Below are positions 36,878 through 46,766 of a stretch of DNA of 64,000 nt, piece after piece. The position numbers and the translations under genes were made by a program. The notes beneath the pieces are model-generated. The model searched no databases and had not been told where the DNA came from. It saw nothing but the letters and a program-made list of their open reading frames with translations. The stretch comes from a virus, in IMG/VR virus record IMGVR_UViG_3300027608_000014, positions 64,001 through 128,000 of that record. One strand, given 5' to 3'. The first letter of the stretch is position 1. Every line of letters begins with the position of its first letter.

Positions 36878-37981
36878 ATGAGTAATTTTAGGATCCTGTT
36901 AACGGCTGATTGCCACATCGGTAAAAATCAATACGGCTCATTTGAGCGCACCCAAGACTTTGCAGCAGTGCTTCCACAGATAGTACAGATAGCAAAGACT
37001 GAGGCTGTCGATCTTGTGGTGGTAGCCGGAGACTTGGCTGACGCTTATCACATTGGTGCCTTCTCCAGTAAGGCGATTCGCATTTTTGCTGACGACATGA
37101 ATGAGGCTGGTATTCCAATGCTTATCATCGAGGGAAACCACGAGGCGCCCAAACTAGGACAGGAAAATAGAGCGGTTGCTCGAATTGACAGTCTTACTGA
37201 TAAAGTTTTTCGCCCTTCAATGGCAACACTCTTTACTCACTTCAACGGTAAAGAGATTCGACTGGCAGCCGCCGACTGGATGCCTGCCACCAAACTACCA
37301 GACTTTTTGGACAGTCTTCCTTCGAGCCTTGATATACTTATCCTTCACCAAAGCTGTGAGGGGTTCCTGCCAAAGGTGGGACACACAGAGCTAAAGAAAG
37401 CCCAGCTGCTCAACAAAGCCAGAGTCATTGGGATTGGGGACCTACACATATCGAAGACACAGACACTAAGCGATGGGTCCATCATCATCTCCCCAGGAAG
37501 CACAGAGCTGTGTGCTAGTGATGAGTCTACAGATAAGAGCGTAACGATCGTAGACATTGGAGATAAAATTTCTATCAGACAGGTGAAATTGGACACTAGA
37601 ATGGTTGTCAAGTTTCGCATCTCTGAAGAAGCTTCTCTGACTGACGTTGATAGTCAACTCAGGGTCTTCGTGGATAGCAATCCATTGGTGTTCCTTGAGT
37701 ACAGCAGTTCCATCAGACCGCTTGTGGAACTCAAACTTGTGGAGTGGGAAAACTTAGGTCTAACCCTGATCCAGTCAGATATGATTGTAGAGATTAATCT
37801 AAACGATAGATTTGTAGCTACCAAAGACAGTGCAAATGCAGAGATGGAGTCAATTATCGCAGAGAGACTGAAAGATCATCCACTCGAGCAAGATGCCAGC
37901 ATTGCTCTGTGGAAATCCCCAAGCGCTGCTGAAGAAATTATTCAAAAACTAGAAAGTCAGATACGACAACAATCACTATGA
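36878..37981 (+). CDS. sbcD: SbcD/Mre11-like metallophosphoesterase nuclease
   Basis: TADCHIG, VAGDLAD, GNHE, LHQ, GDLH, PGS. Confidence 0.9.
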   Translation: MSNFRILLTADCHIGKNQYGSFERTQDFAAVLPQIVQIAKTEAVDLVVVAGDLADAYHIGAFSSKAIRIFADDMNEAGIPMLIIEGNHEAPKLGQENRAVARIDSLTDKVFRPSMATLFTHFNGKEIRLAAADWMPATKLPDFLDSLPSSLDILILHQSCEGFLPKVGHTELKKAQLLNKARVIGIGDLHISKTQTLSDGSIIISPGSTELCASDESTDKSVTIVDIGDKISIRQVKLDTRMVVKFRISEEASLTDVDSQLRVFVDSNPLVFLEYSSSIRPLVELKLVEWENLGLTLIQSDMIVEINLNDRFVATKDSANAEMESIIAERLKDHPLEQDASIALWKSPSAAEEIIQKLESQIRQQSL

Positions 37982-38358
37982 AAAAAGCACTAGCCAAATC
38001 CTGGGTCACGGCCCTCCGTAGCGGCAAATTCAAACAAGCAACAGGCGTACTAAAAACCACGGCAGACGCTCCATGCCACTGCTGCCTTGGCGTTCTCTTG
38101 GAAGTATGCACCCAACAAAAGACATTCCAGGATCATCATAAAGAGATGAACTACGAACTAGAGAACAATACATTGCTCAATGACGACATACTCGAGTTAG
38201 TAGGCCTTAGCAGTGACAATCAGTTCTTTCTTATCACCCATAATGATGGCGAAACCGATCCTTATACAAACAAAAATTGGCAAAAGTGGAGCTTCAATAG
38301 AATTGCCACCTGGATCGAGAAGAAGTTTGTAACCTCAACCAAGACAAAATCCAAGTAA
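37978..38358 (+). CDS. Phage hypothetical protein
   Basis: WVTALRSGKFKQ..L....HCCLGVL motif. Confidence 0.7.
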   Translation: MKKALAKSWVTALRSGKFKQATGVLKTTADAPCHCCLGVLLEVCTQQKTFQDHHKEMNYELENNTLLNDDILELVGLSSDNQFFLITHNDGETDPYTNKNWQKWSFNRIATWIEKKFVTSTKTKSK

Positions 38359-39371
38359 TGCACAAGACTAACATTGGCATCTTTAAGATTGCCCAAACCC
38401 GCGTCAACTGGCCAGCCGTTGCTGAATGGCTGACCTTCATCGGAGTCCAACTGCCCCTCGACGTAATCGGCCAGATTGGCACAGATGACGCCATGGACTT
38501 CATCGACCTACAAATGGGAGCCGGAGCGGGCGAAGGATGTCCGCCCGCTGTCGGAACTGATGCCTCCGCTCTCGTCGCTCTCTGCGGCAAGCGCTGCTAC
38601 GCCAGCTTCGAGGTCGGGCTCAACCCCAACGTCTCGAAGATCCGCACCGATCATGCCGAGTATATCACTAATGTACTCAAGAGTGGACATGGGTCTGTTT
38701 TGGAACATGCCACTTGGAGCTTTGCCATCGAGAACGTCAGCCGGGTCTTCACTGGTGAGATGAACCGTCATCGTGCCGGTGTTGCAATCAGTGAAGCGAG
38801 CATGCGCTATATCCGGTTTGACGACATTGGATTCACGATGCCGTCATCGCTAGAATTAACGCCCGAAGAAAGGGCGGCATTGCTGGAGGTGCGCGATGGC
38901 CTTGGTGGTGATCCAAACGATCTCGAGGGAATTGCAAGCCTTGTCGATCAAGAGTTAAATTTTCTGCAAACAGTTCTTTCTGAGTCTCAATTAGAGAAGG
39001 CAAAAGAGGGAGCCCGCAAAGTGGTCGCGTCGTCTATTTTTGCATCCGCATTCGCCAGTATGCAGAAGTGGAATCTCGACCTCTGTAATATCTGGAAGAT
39101 CGAGGAGATGACCGACTTCACCAAGAAGAAGCAACTCACCAGCATGTTCCGCCGGATCATCGGGATGGGTGTTTCTACTGGCGGTGTTTGGACTTTAAAC
39201 GCTCGTGCCCTTCGTCACATCCTGGCGCTTCGAGGCTCTGTCCACGCCGAGGAGGAGATCTTTCACGTCTTCTCTAGGATTGCGGATATCATGATAGCCG
39301 ACGAGCCATTGCTCTTCGGGGACTTCGTGAGAACTGAAGAGGGCTGGGTTCCTAAGTACCTTAAGGTCTAA
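38358..39371 (+). CDS. thyX: FAD-dependent thymidylate synthase
   Basis: GHGSVLEH, VSRVFTGEMNRHR...SEASMRY, NARALRH..LR....AEEEI. Confidence 0.92.
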   Translation: MHKTNIGIFKIAQTRVNWPAVAEWLTFIGVQLPLDVIGQIGTDDAMDFIDLQMGAGAGEGCPPAVGTDASALVALCGKRCYASFEVGLNPNVSKIRTDHAEYITNVLKSGHGSVLEHATWSFAIENVSRVFTGEMNRHRAGVAISEASMRYIRFDDIGFTMPSSLELTPEERAALLEVRDGLGGDPNDLEGIASLVDQELNFLQTVLSESQLEKAKEGARKVVASSIFASAFASMQKWNLDLCNIWKIEEMTDFTKKKQLTSMFRRIIGMGVSTGGVWTLNARALRHILALRGSVHAEEEIFHVFSRIADIMIADEPLLFGDFVRTEEGWVPKYLKV

Positions 39372-39386
39372 TATCTATTCAGCATC

Positions 39387-41465
39387 ATGAAAGCTAAAAA
39401 ACTTCATCTAATAAATTACTGTCAACATCGTGATCTAACGGTGGAGTTTGATCCTGACGCCGGTCTCGTTGGGATCGTTGGAGAGATGGGCGCCGGTAAG
39501 AGCAATGTTGTTGGCGCCATCGCAGCAGCCATCTCCGGAAACTTTGACCGCAACAAAAAATCTCGCCTAGTAACTCTAGGCGAGAAGGTTGGCAGCATTG
39601 ACTTTAATATAGAGATTGAGCCTGGAGTTAACTACAACGTCTTCAGGAGCCTGAATACGTCTAAGGCCACGGTCGTTACTCCTGACGACGAAATCTCTGG
39701 AGCGGACTCTGTAACCCAGTTCTTACTTGATCGACTGCAGGTGGATCAGAGTGTTCTACAGAATATTGTATTTGTGAGACAGACCGAGATTTCTGAAATC
39801 CTATTTTGCCCTCCTAGTGAGCGAGATCGAATGGCAAGCAAGTTCTTTGGGTTAGAGAAAGCCGTGGCACTTGAGAAGGACATCTCAACTCGAATTAATG
39901 GGATCAACCTGATTACCCTTCCAGAGTCGGTGGCAAAGATTCGACAGAAGATCGGGCTTGCCCTTGATCGAGAGGCTATTTGGTCAGAAGAACTCAAGAG
40001 AATCGGAACCCCTGACACTGAAGAGCTCAAGTTACTTGAGACAACTCTAACACTCTATCTAGCTAATAACAAAGAGAGCGATGATCGAAAAGAATACGTA
40101 AGACACAGAGACGAGTTAAGGGCCAAGATTAAAACTCTCAACTCAACCTCTCTGAAGGACTCTATAGACGCAATCCCAATTGACCGACTCAGGAGCAAGC
40201 TGAGTGAGGAACAGCGCAAGGCTGATCTGTATGCTCGAAGAGCAACCCTCAGTAAGGAGAAAGCTCGATTTATTTCTGAGATAGAAAAGATCGGCTTGTC
40301 GCCAGTATTTGCTCAGGAGATCCAGGATCTGGAAATAGACATAGATCGAATCTCCAGACAGGAGTCAGTCAATGAATCAGCTGTAACTCTTCGACAGCAG
40401 ATGCTTGCAAAGATGAGCGCAGGCATAGCTCCAATCTGCGATACCTGCAATTCTCAGCTCTTACCAACGGGCTTACGTGACATGCAGAGTTTGGTGGATA
40501 ATGATACATCAAAGAAAAAAGACACAGCGCGTCTGGCTTCACTCAGAGGCTCTCTATTACTGATGCGTCAGCGCCTTCTAGAATGGGAGAAAAGATCCTC
40601 GACGCCAAAGACCAGACTTCAAGAGGCGATCGACGAAGAGACATCCCTGGGTGAAGACCAGGGACCTGGAGACCCAGAAAAGTGGAAAGGCATGATTGAT
40701 ACCTATAACGGCATGACCAAGAAACTAGCCAGCGACCAGGAAGAACTCGAGGATCTGCAGAAAACCCTTGATGGGCTTTTAGAGCCTGACAGAAGTAATC
40801 AACAGGTTCCTGAGGACTTCGATCCTAGTGCGGCTCAGCTTAGGTCTCTTCAGATTCAGGCCCATATTCGCAACACTCAAAAGGCTCAAGAGGAGCTAGT
40901 GATCGCTAAGACGGAACTAGAACTTCTCAATCAGAGCTTAGAGCGCGCCATAGCCATTGAGACTGAGAATTCAATACAGTCTGCCCTAAAGGTTAGTCTG
41001 ATTCGTATTCGTCAGCAGTTTCATCCCGATGGGGCTCCCAGAGAGTTGATTGGTCGAAGGATTGAAAGAATGGAGCACAAGATCAATGAGTTGCTCTGCG
41101 CCTTCGATGCCAAGTTTACAGTATCAGCTAGTGGCGGATTTAGTTTTCTCGCTCACTTTAATAATAAAGCCGGGTCTATTGAGGCCGCCGAGCTGAGTGG
41201 TGGTGAAAAAATTATGCTTTCCATCTGCTTCAGAATTGCCTGTATTCAGACGTTCAGCAGTTCTGTTGGATTGATGGTCCTAGACGAGCCCACAGTGTGG
41301 TTGTCTAAGGCCGGAGTTGCTTCTTTTAAGAGGGTGTTGGATCGTATGAAGTCAATGTCTAAGGAATTAGGCTTTCAGTTTCTTATTATCACACACAGCG
41401 ATGAGTTACTTGAATGCTTTGATCAAATCATAAACCTAGATGACCACAACAATAAACCTATGTAA
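39387..41465 (+). CDS. sbcC: SbcC/Rad50-like SMC ATPase
   Basis: GEMGAGKS, Q-loop, coiled coils with CDTC zinc hook, LSGGE, LDEPT, ITH. Confidence 0.92.
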   Translation: MKAKKLHLINYCQHRDLTVEFDPDAGLVGIVGEMGAGKSNVVGAIAAAISGNFDRNKKSRLVTLGEKVGSIDFNIEIEPGVNYNVFRSLNTSKATVVTPDDEISGADSVTQFLLDRLQVDQSVLQNIVFVRQTEISEILFCPPSERDRMASKFFGLEKAVALEKDISTRINGINLITLPESVAKIRQKIGLALDREAIWSEELKRIGTPDTEELKLLETTLTLYLANNKESDDRKEYVRHRDELRAKIKTLNSTSLKDSIDAIPIDRLRSKLSEEQRKADLYARRATLSKEKARFISEIEKIGLSPVFAQEIQDLEIDIDRISRQESVNESAVTLRQQMLAKMSAGIAPICDTCNSQLLPTGLRDMQSLVDNDTSKKKDTARLASLRGSLLLMRQRLLEWEKRSSTPKTRLQEAIDEETSLGEDQGPGDPEKWKGMIDTYNGMTKKLASDQEELEDLQKTLDGLLEPDRSNQQVPEDFDPSAAQLRSLQIQAHIRNTQKAQEELVIAKTELELLNQSLERAIAIETENSIQSALKVSLIRIRQQFHPDGAPRELIGRRIERMEHKINELLCAFDAKFTVSASGGFSFLAHFNNKAGSIEAAELSGGEKIMLSICFRIACIQTFSSSVGLMVLDEPTVWLSKAGVASFKRVLDRMKSMSKELGFQFLIITHSDELLECFDQIINLDDHNNKPM

Positions 41466-42234
41466 AAATGGATGGGCAGAAAGAACACGAAAAGAAGAAA
41501 ACAACCGTCGCGTTCGCATGGCTCTGTCAGAGAACATTTTAAGCTCAGACGAGTATCGAATGCTGTGCTTTCCGGCAGAGGGCTGGCTCTTTGAGCTGAG
41601 TCTGATGGATCGATTTGCTAGCGCCAAGTTCTCAATTACGGGACTGGAGTATAGCAAGAAGTTCTTTGATAAGTTCTACGCCACAGGAAATAGCATCAAG
41701 AAGGCAATTATAGATCAAGGAGACAGCACAGAGATCATTATTCCTGATCAACCATGCAGCCTTGAAAAGTACGCAAGAACGTTCTCTGATAAGCCTTTCA
41801 ATTTGATCTATGCTGACTGGATGGGAACCTGGGGCCTCACAAAGAAAAACGAGGTTGAACTCATCATGCAGAATCGTATGATTGTATCAGGTGGACATCT
41901 GCTGATTACAATCAGCATGTGGAGGGGCGGTCGAGGACCATGTCACGAAGAGATTGCGGATCAAGTAGTTAGACACATGGAGTTTCCTTCCCAGAAGGAG
42001 CCATTTCTTGTTGATAATAGTACTATTGAGTTTATCAAGTTGTCCAAGCATGGTAAGGAAAAAACATTTGGCGTTACACAGGTTATCAAGGATCTAGCTT
42101 CTGCCCATGGGCAAATGGCGACCCTTCAACAGGTATATTGTTACAAGGAGCCTAATGTTAAAAAGACAAAGACGGCCCCATGTAAGACGTATATGCCGAT
42201 GATAAGTATGCTTTTTCAAATTGATGAAGTGTAA
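41440..42234 (+). CDS. Possible SAM-dependent methyltransferase-fold protein
   Basis: ITGLE, FNLIYADWMG and GGHLLIT resemble Rossmann methyltransferase strands. Confidence 0.45.
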   Translation: MTTTINLCKNGWAERTRKEENNRRVRMALSENILSSDEYRMLCFPAEGWLFELSLMDRFASAKFSITGLEYSKKFFDKFYATGNSIKKAIIDQGDSTEIIIPDQPCSLEKYARTFSDKPFNLIYADWMGTWGLTKKNEVELIMQNRMIVSGGHLLITISMWRGGRGPCHEEIADQVVRHMEFPSQKEPFLVDNSTIEFIKLSKHGKEKTFGVTQVIKDLASAHGQMATLQQVYCYKEPNVKKTKTAPCKTYMPMISMLFQIDEV

Positions 42235-42952
42235 CGCACGAATCCTCAGAACAAGTCATGCCTACGGCAACATTGTCATGGATGCCCATAGCCCCTCGGA
42301 CCTACTCAGCAATAGCTCCTACACTGCAGAAGGTCACACACACAAGAAAGAAAATTGTAACTATAATCTCAAAGACTTTGACAAGGTCGTAGACGTAGAC
42401 AGTAAGCCTTGGATCGTAACCTACACAGGAAAGAAGTATTGCCTTACCGATCCAGATCCAGGCAGTATTGACGTTGAGACAATTGCTCACTCACTAAGCT
42501 TACTTTGCCGGTTTGCTGGGATGACTCGAGAGTTCTATAGTGTTGGAGATCACTCACTCCATGTGTGCGACCTACTCAAGGACATTTACCCCGACGACTA
42601 CAGGCTGCAACTTCACGGACTAATTCACGACTTCACTGAAGGCCTGGGTCTAATGGATTGTATCCGACCACTCAAGGAGTTACTGCCGGTCTATCAGGAC
42701 CTAGAGGCTAAAACTAAAACTGCAATCTATGCAGCCTTTGACCTGCTCATGCCTACTGATCAACAGGAGGTACAGGTCAAGTGGGCAGACAACACCATGT
42801 TGGCGACCGAAGGACGAGATCTCTTGAACGATGGAGGCTACCAGTTAATTATCATTGAGCAGCCTCGAGCTGAAATTGTCAGGCCAAGACATCAGACCTT
42901 TGTTGAACAAGAGATAATTGCTCAGTACCTGAGACTACGAGCTTTAGTATGA
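42221..42952 (+). CDS. HD-domain 5'-deoxynucleotidase (YfbR-like)
   Basis: IAHSLS..CRFAG...FYSVGDHS, GLIHD..E, VKWAD..MLATE; start uncertain. Confidence 0.8.
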   Translation: MMKCNARILRTSHAYGNIVMDAHSPSDLLSNSSYTAEGHTHKKENCNYNLKDFDKVVDVDSKPWIVTYTGKKYCLTDPDPGSIDVETIAHSLSLLCRFAGMTREFYSVGDHSLHVCDLLKDIYPDDYRLQLHGLIHDFTEGLGLMDCIRPLKELLPVYQDLEAKTKTAIYAAFDLLMPTDQQEVQVKWADNTMLATEGRDLLNDGGYQLIIIEQPRAEIVRPRHQTFVEQEIIAQYLRLRALV

Positions 42953-43404
42953 AGACGGTAGGATTCACTGGAACACAGAAAGGATTTACCGACGCGCAAC
43001 GGGACACCTTTGAATGTTTGATTAAATCGATCAAGGTCTCACAGTTCCATTCTGGTGACTGCATTGGTTGTGACGAGCAGGCTTTTAAGATCGTACAGAA
43101 GGCGCATCCTAATGTCTGGATGGTAGTTCATCCACCGATCAAGCGACAGAAGAGGGCATTCTATAAACCCAGGCCGAACAGTGGTAAGATCCGTGAACCC
43201 CTAGACGGTCTTGTGCGTAATCACAATATTGTAGAGGAAACTAACTTGCTGATAGCCACTCCTGGGGAGATGACGGAGAAACTTAGATCTGGTACTTGGG
43301 CGACAATCCGATGGGCCATAAAGAAACATAAGACAGCGGTGATTGTTTTTCCTGATGGAACGACTGAGTTAAAAAAAACCTATGAAGATCGACGACGCCT
43401 TTAA
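42949..43404 (+). CDS. SLOG-family (DprA/Smf-like) protein
   Basis: VGFTGT, HSGDCIGCD, HPP, RNHNIV, RSGTWATIR. Confidence 0.75.
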   Translation: MKTVGFTGTQKGFTDAQRDTFECLIKSIKVSQFHSGDCIGCDEQAFKIVQKAHPNVWMVVHPPIKRQKRAFYKPRPNSGKIREPLDGLVRNHNIVEETNLLIATPGEMTEKLRSGTWATIRWAIKKHKTAVIVFPDGTTELKKTYEDRRRL

Positions 43405-43999
43405 TATCACAATGAAGACACTGCAGACGCTAAGTAATAGCGGTCACGACGTGATCTATGATTCGCTACAGATGACTGATCAAGAAATTTATGAACTTGA
43501 ATTTGATGATCGTCCACGAATTCATCCTCTAAAGTGGACACTGGTCAGTATTAGCACCACAGACCAGGCTCAACTTGCTGCCGTGCAGCAAGCAGAAAAA
43601 GAGCTAGAGGAACTAGGAATCTTCTTTGATAAAAAAGGCTCCTGGGAGGGAGACCCCACATGTCTGGCTTCTACGCGTGACTGGGAAATTGATTGGTCCT
43701 TTGGTGTAACAGATGCCGATGAGTCTGGCCCTAAAATCATCGAACTTCCGTGCTTTGATATTAAGATTCAGCTGTATGCCGATGGTCTCAGTGGAGAGAT
43801 CTCCTCGAACCTAAAAGAGAGCAAAGAGGACGCCGAGTGCGATGGAGCACTCCAGCACTACAACACGGCCATTCAGACCGTCCTCAATTTGATCCTGGCC
43901 CACGCCATTGCCGGTGTAGACATCCAGTCAGCAGCCTATCTTGAAGGAATTGATAGCACAGTATTTCACATACAAGATCACTTAGAAGGCAATGAGTGA
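43382..43999 (+). CDS. Hypothetical protein
   Basis: 205-aa ORF; RDWEIDWS and LILAHAIAG segments. Confidence 0.6.
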   Translation: MKIDDAFNITMKTLQTLSNSGHDVIYDSLQMTDQEIYELEFDDRPRIHPLKWTLVSISTTDQAQLAAVQQAEKELEELGIFFDKKGSWEGDPTCLASTRDWEIDWSFGVTDADESGPKIIELPCFDIKIQLYADGLSGEISSNLKESKEDAECDGALQHYNTAIQTVLNLILAHAIAGVDIQSAAYLEGIDSTVFHIQDHLEGNE

Positions 44000-45437
44000 G
44001 CCAATCCAGCTGACCTCCGAAAAGGGGACCTTAAGGATATCAAGAGCCCTGCCAGAACTGACGAGCGTCCTGAGCTTCAGGCACACATTTGAGAAGCCTG
44101 GGGATACAGTTACATTCCGAGACAGGAAGACCGGAAAGGAAAAGACTATCGTCAAGCGTGGCAAGATCACCAGTCAGATCGAGCCGCTCTACATCGTTGG
44201 ATCTGATAATTGTCTTTATACTCACGATGGATGCCTCTCCATGGTAATAGATACGTTGGTCAAACTAGGATTTCAGTATGAGTACGAGAGACTGAATCCG
44301 CAATGGCCAACGTACATAATTAATCGCGATGTCGTTAAAGGTCTATATCCAAACCAACGAGAAGGCATCGTAAGGTTACTCCTCTCTGTTGGCGGAGGCA
44401 TGCTGGAGGCAGCAACCTCTATGGGCAAGACTAGGGTTATTGCAGCCTTGGTCAGAGCTTACCCAAATGAAAAGATCGTTATCATGACGCACCGACAATC
44501 TGTTGTTCGGGGTCTGGTAGCTAATCTAAATGACCTCCTCAAGGAGGACAAAATCGACGTGGGCATCTGTCAGGGTCCCAATCAGCGCCACACTAGAGTT
44601 ACCGTCTCAACCATTGGCAGTGCCCATCATCTGGACGCTGGAGAGTGTCGAATATTTATCGCAGATGAGGTTCATCGCTTTGCCTCAGAGTCTGCCGCAG
44701 ATACAGTTCTAAGTTTTACCAGGGCAGTAAAGTACGGAGTATCAGCAACTATCTCAGGAAAGTTTGCTGGAACAACTAAGTTTCTCGAGAGCCTCTTTGG
44801 GCCAATCGTCTTTAAGGTAACTGACCAGGAGCTTGAGAGTGACGGCAAGGTTCCTCCAATTGACGCCTACTTCCTGTCTAATCCAGAGGGGCCAAGCGTA
44901 GACTTTCTTAATGGACCAACCCAAAAGAAGAGAGGTATCTGGGAGAATCTTCAAAGGAACATGTTGATCAAACAAGTTATTGACCTAGCCCCAACAGACC
45001 AGCAGCTCCTGGTATTTGTGGAGACAAAGAAGCATCTTGATCAGATCGTACGTTTGTGCCCTGAGCTGGAGATCTGTCACGCTGATCTGGGCGCCAAGGC
45101 CAGAAAGAGCATTGAGGAAAGGTTCACCTCTGGACAGGCTAAGCGAATCATTAGCACAGACTGTCTCTCAGAGGGAGTTGACCCCAGAGCCCTGATGATC
45201 ATGATCGACGCTTCAGCAGTAAGAGGCGATTCTAGTCTAGTTCAAAAACGAGGAAGACTTCGCCGTCCAGGCAAAGCTAAAGGGGTCTTGATCAACTTCA
45301 TGGATGAGTTTTCCGAAGTTTTTAATGCCAGAGCAGAAAAGAGAATCAAGGACCACAAATCCAGAGGAGACACTGTCATTGAGATGGCCACCCCAGAGCA
45401 GATAAAATTCTTGGGTAGCTCTATTGATCCAGAGTAA
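43992..45437 (+). CDS. SF2 DEAD/DEAH-box helicase (UvsW-like)
   Basis: ATSMGKT, DEVH, SAT, LSEGVD, VQKRGRLRR. Confidence 0.9.
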   Translation: MSEPIQLTSEKGTLRISRALPELTSVLSFRHTFEKPGDTVTFRDRKTGKEKTIVKRGKITSQIEPLYIVGSDNCLYTHDGCLSMVIDTLVKLGFQYEYERLNPQWPTYIINRDVVKGLYPNQREGIVRLLLSVGGGMLEAATSMGKTRVIAALVRAYPNEKIVIMTHRQSVVRGLVANLNDLLKEDKIDVGICQGPNQRHTRVTVSTIGSAHHLDAGECRIFIADEVHRFASESAADTVLSFTRAVKYGVSATISGKFAGTTKFLESLFGPIVFKVTDQELESDGKVPPIDAYFLSNPEGPSVDFLNGPTQKKRGIWENLQRNMLIKQVIDLAPTDQQLLVFVETKKHLDQIVRLCPELEICHADLGAKARKSIEERFTSGQAKRIISTDCLSEGVDPRALMIMIDASAVRGDSSLVQKRGRLRRPGKAKGVLINFMDEFSEVFNARAEKRIKDHKSRGDTVIEMATPEQIKFLGSSIDPE

Positions 45438-46103
45438 ATAAGGAGAGATCAGGGCAGACCTATTGGAAACATCCCAAACAAAGCAATTCTTATTCACTAC
45501 TCGTTCTACTTAGGACGTCTCGCGTGCCGCTCGAACATCCAAAGTAGAACGATGTGTTCTTAATAACTTTGGTTTGAGCTTTGTCGCAGCAGTCGCTTTG
45601 CTCCTGTCTTGCGCCGCAGGCTCAAACAAAGAACGCATGATGTGTGCGCGTCTGAAAAACCATTCGCGAAGGTAATTCAGTGTTCTGTGATCGTCAAATT
45701 GATATTCAAATTATTTTTGAAACAAGGTCATTTTACTCTGGAGAGGGTCTGTTAAGTTGACTTGACAAAAAATTGATAAAAAACAAATCAATGGCTAATA
45801 AAGAAATTAAGGGCAAGAGATGGGAATTGGTTCGGGACCTGTATCCTCCAAAGCTGGACAGTAAGAAGAAACAATTAGAGGAGGGTCGTGGTTATGCAAG
45901 ATATCCAATCAAACGATTCGCTGAAAGTTGCTCAGCCTGTAATCGAACAGGAAGGATCATTGGAATCAACGGAAAATATAAACCATGCCCACGCTGTATA
46001 GATAACTAAATTACCGCAAGACTAATCCATTTCTGACCGTGAAATTTATACCCCAAAACCCCTAGACGTCCTTGGAAGACGAGCCCTATTATTCACAGTC
46101 CAC

Positions 46104-46766
46104 ATGCCAGAGAACACCGAATCTAAGGAGCGAAAGCTCATCACAATTGAGACAGCGCTAAAGGCTAGATATCAATCAAGAAGAAGGATTACCCAACCAT
46201 CTTATGTATCAGGCCCCAAGAATGACCTCAACTTTCAGAGGGCCGCTGATAAGGTACTGGATCTGGGAGCAGACCCAGAGCAGTTTGTTGACGCCCTGTT
46301 CAACAGTTGGGCTGGAGAGCACCCACCCTCTCCTGCTAACCTAGCCTCTCCCCAAGCAGTTGAGGCCTTTGAGAAGCTTGAGGTTGAAGAGAGGTGTCCT
46401 CCTGAGCTCGAGTTTGAGGCTCAGAAGCGCTACCTGACTAACTACGTCAAGAGAGCCAAGCTGACCAAGGACGAGGTTTTTCTTGCTCCTTGGACAAATC
46501 TGAGGTCTTACTTCAGATGCCTCTTCTGCTCAGACCAGATCCGTGATGATGTACTTTTCATGTATGGCAAAGTAGGCAGGGCTCAGATCGAGGAGGACAC
46601 CTCACTAAAAAAGTACCTAGAAAAACTGTGTCCCAAGAACCTAGATCGGTTTTTAGAGCCTCCTTGCTATCACATTCCTGAGGCAGTTGACGAGGAGCTA
46701 CCAGCGGCCACAAGTGTAGAAAATTCTTGGGAGAACCAGCCTGAACCGGTAAGACTATGTCGCTAA
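46104..46766 (+). CDS. Hypothetical protein upstream of the replicative helicase
   Basis: 220-aa ORF overlapping the DnaB start. Confidence 0.65.
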   Translation: MPENTESKERKLITIETALKARYQSRRRITQPSYVSGPKNDLNFQRAADKVLDLGADPEQFVDALFNSWAGEHPPSPANLASPQAVEAFEKLEVEERCPPELEFEAQKRYLTNYVKRAKLTKDEVFLAPWTNLRSYFRCLFCSDQIRDDVLFMYGKVGRAQIEEDTSLKKYLEKLCPKNLDRFLEPPCYHIPEAVDEELPAATSVENSWENQPEPVRLCR

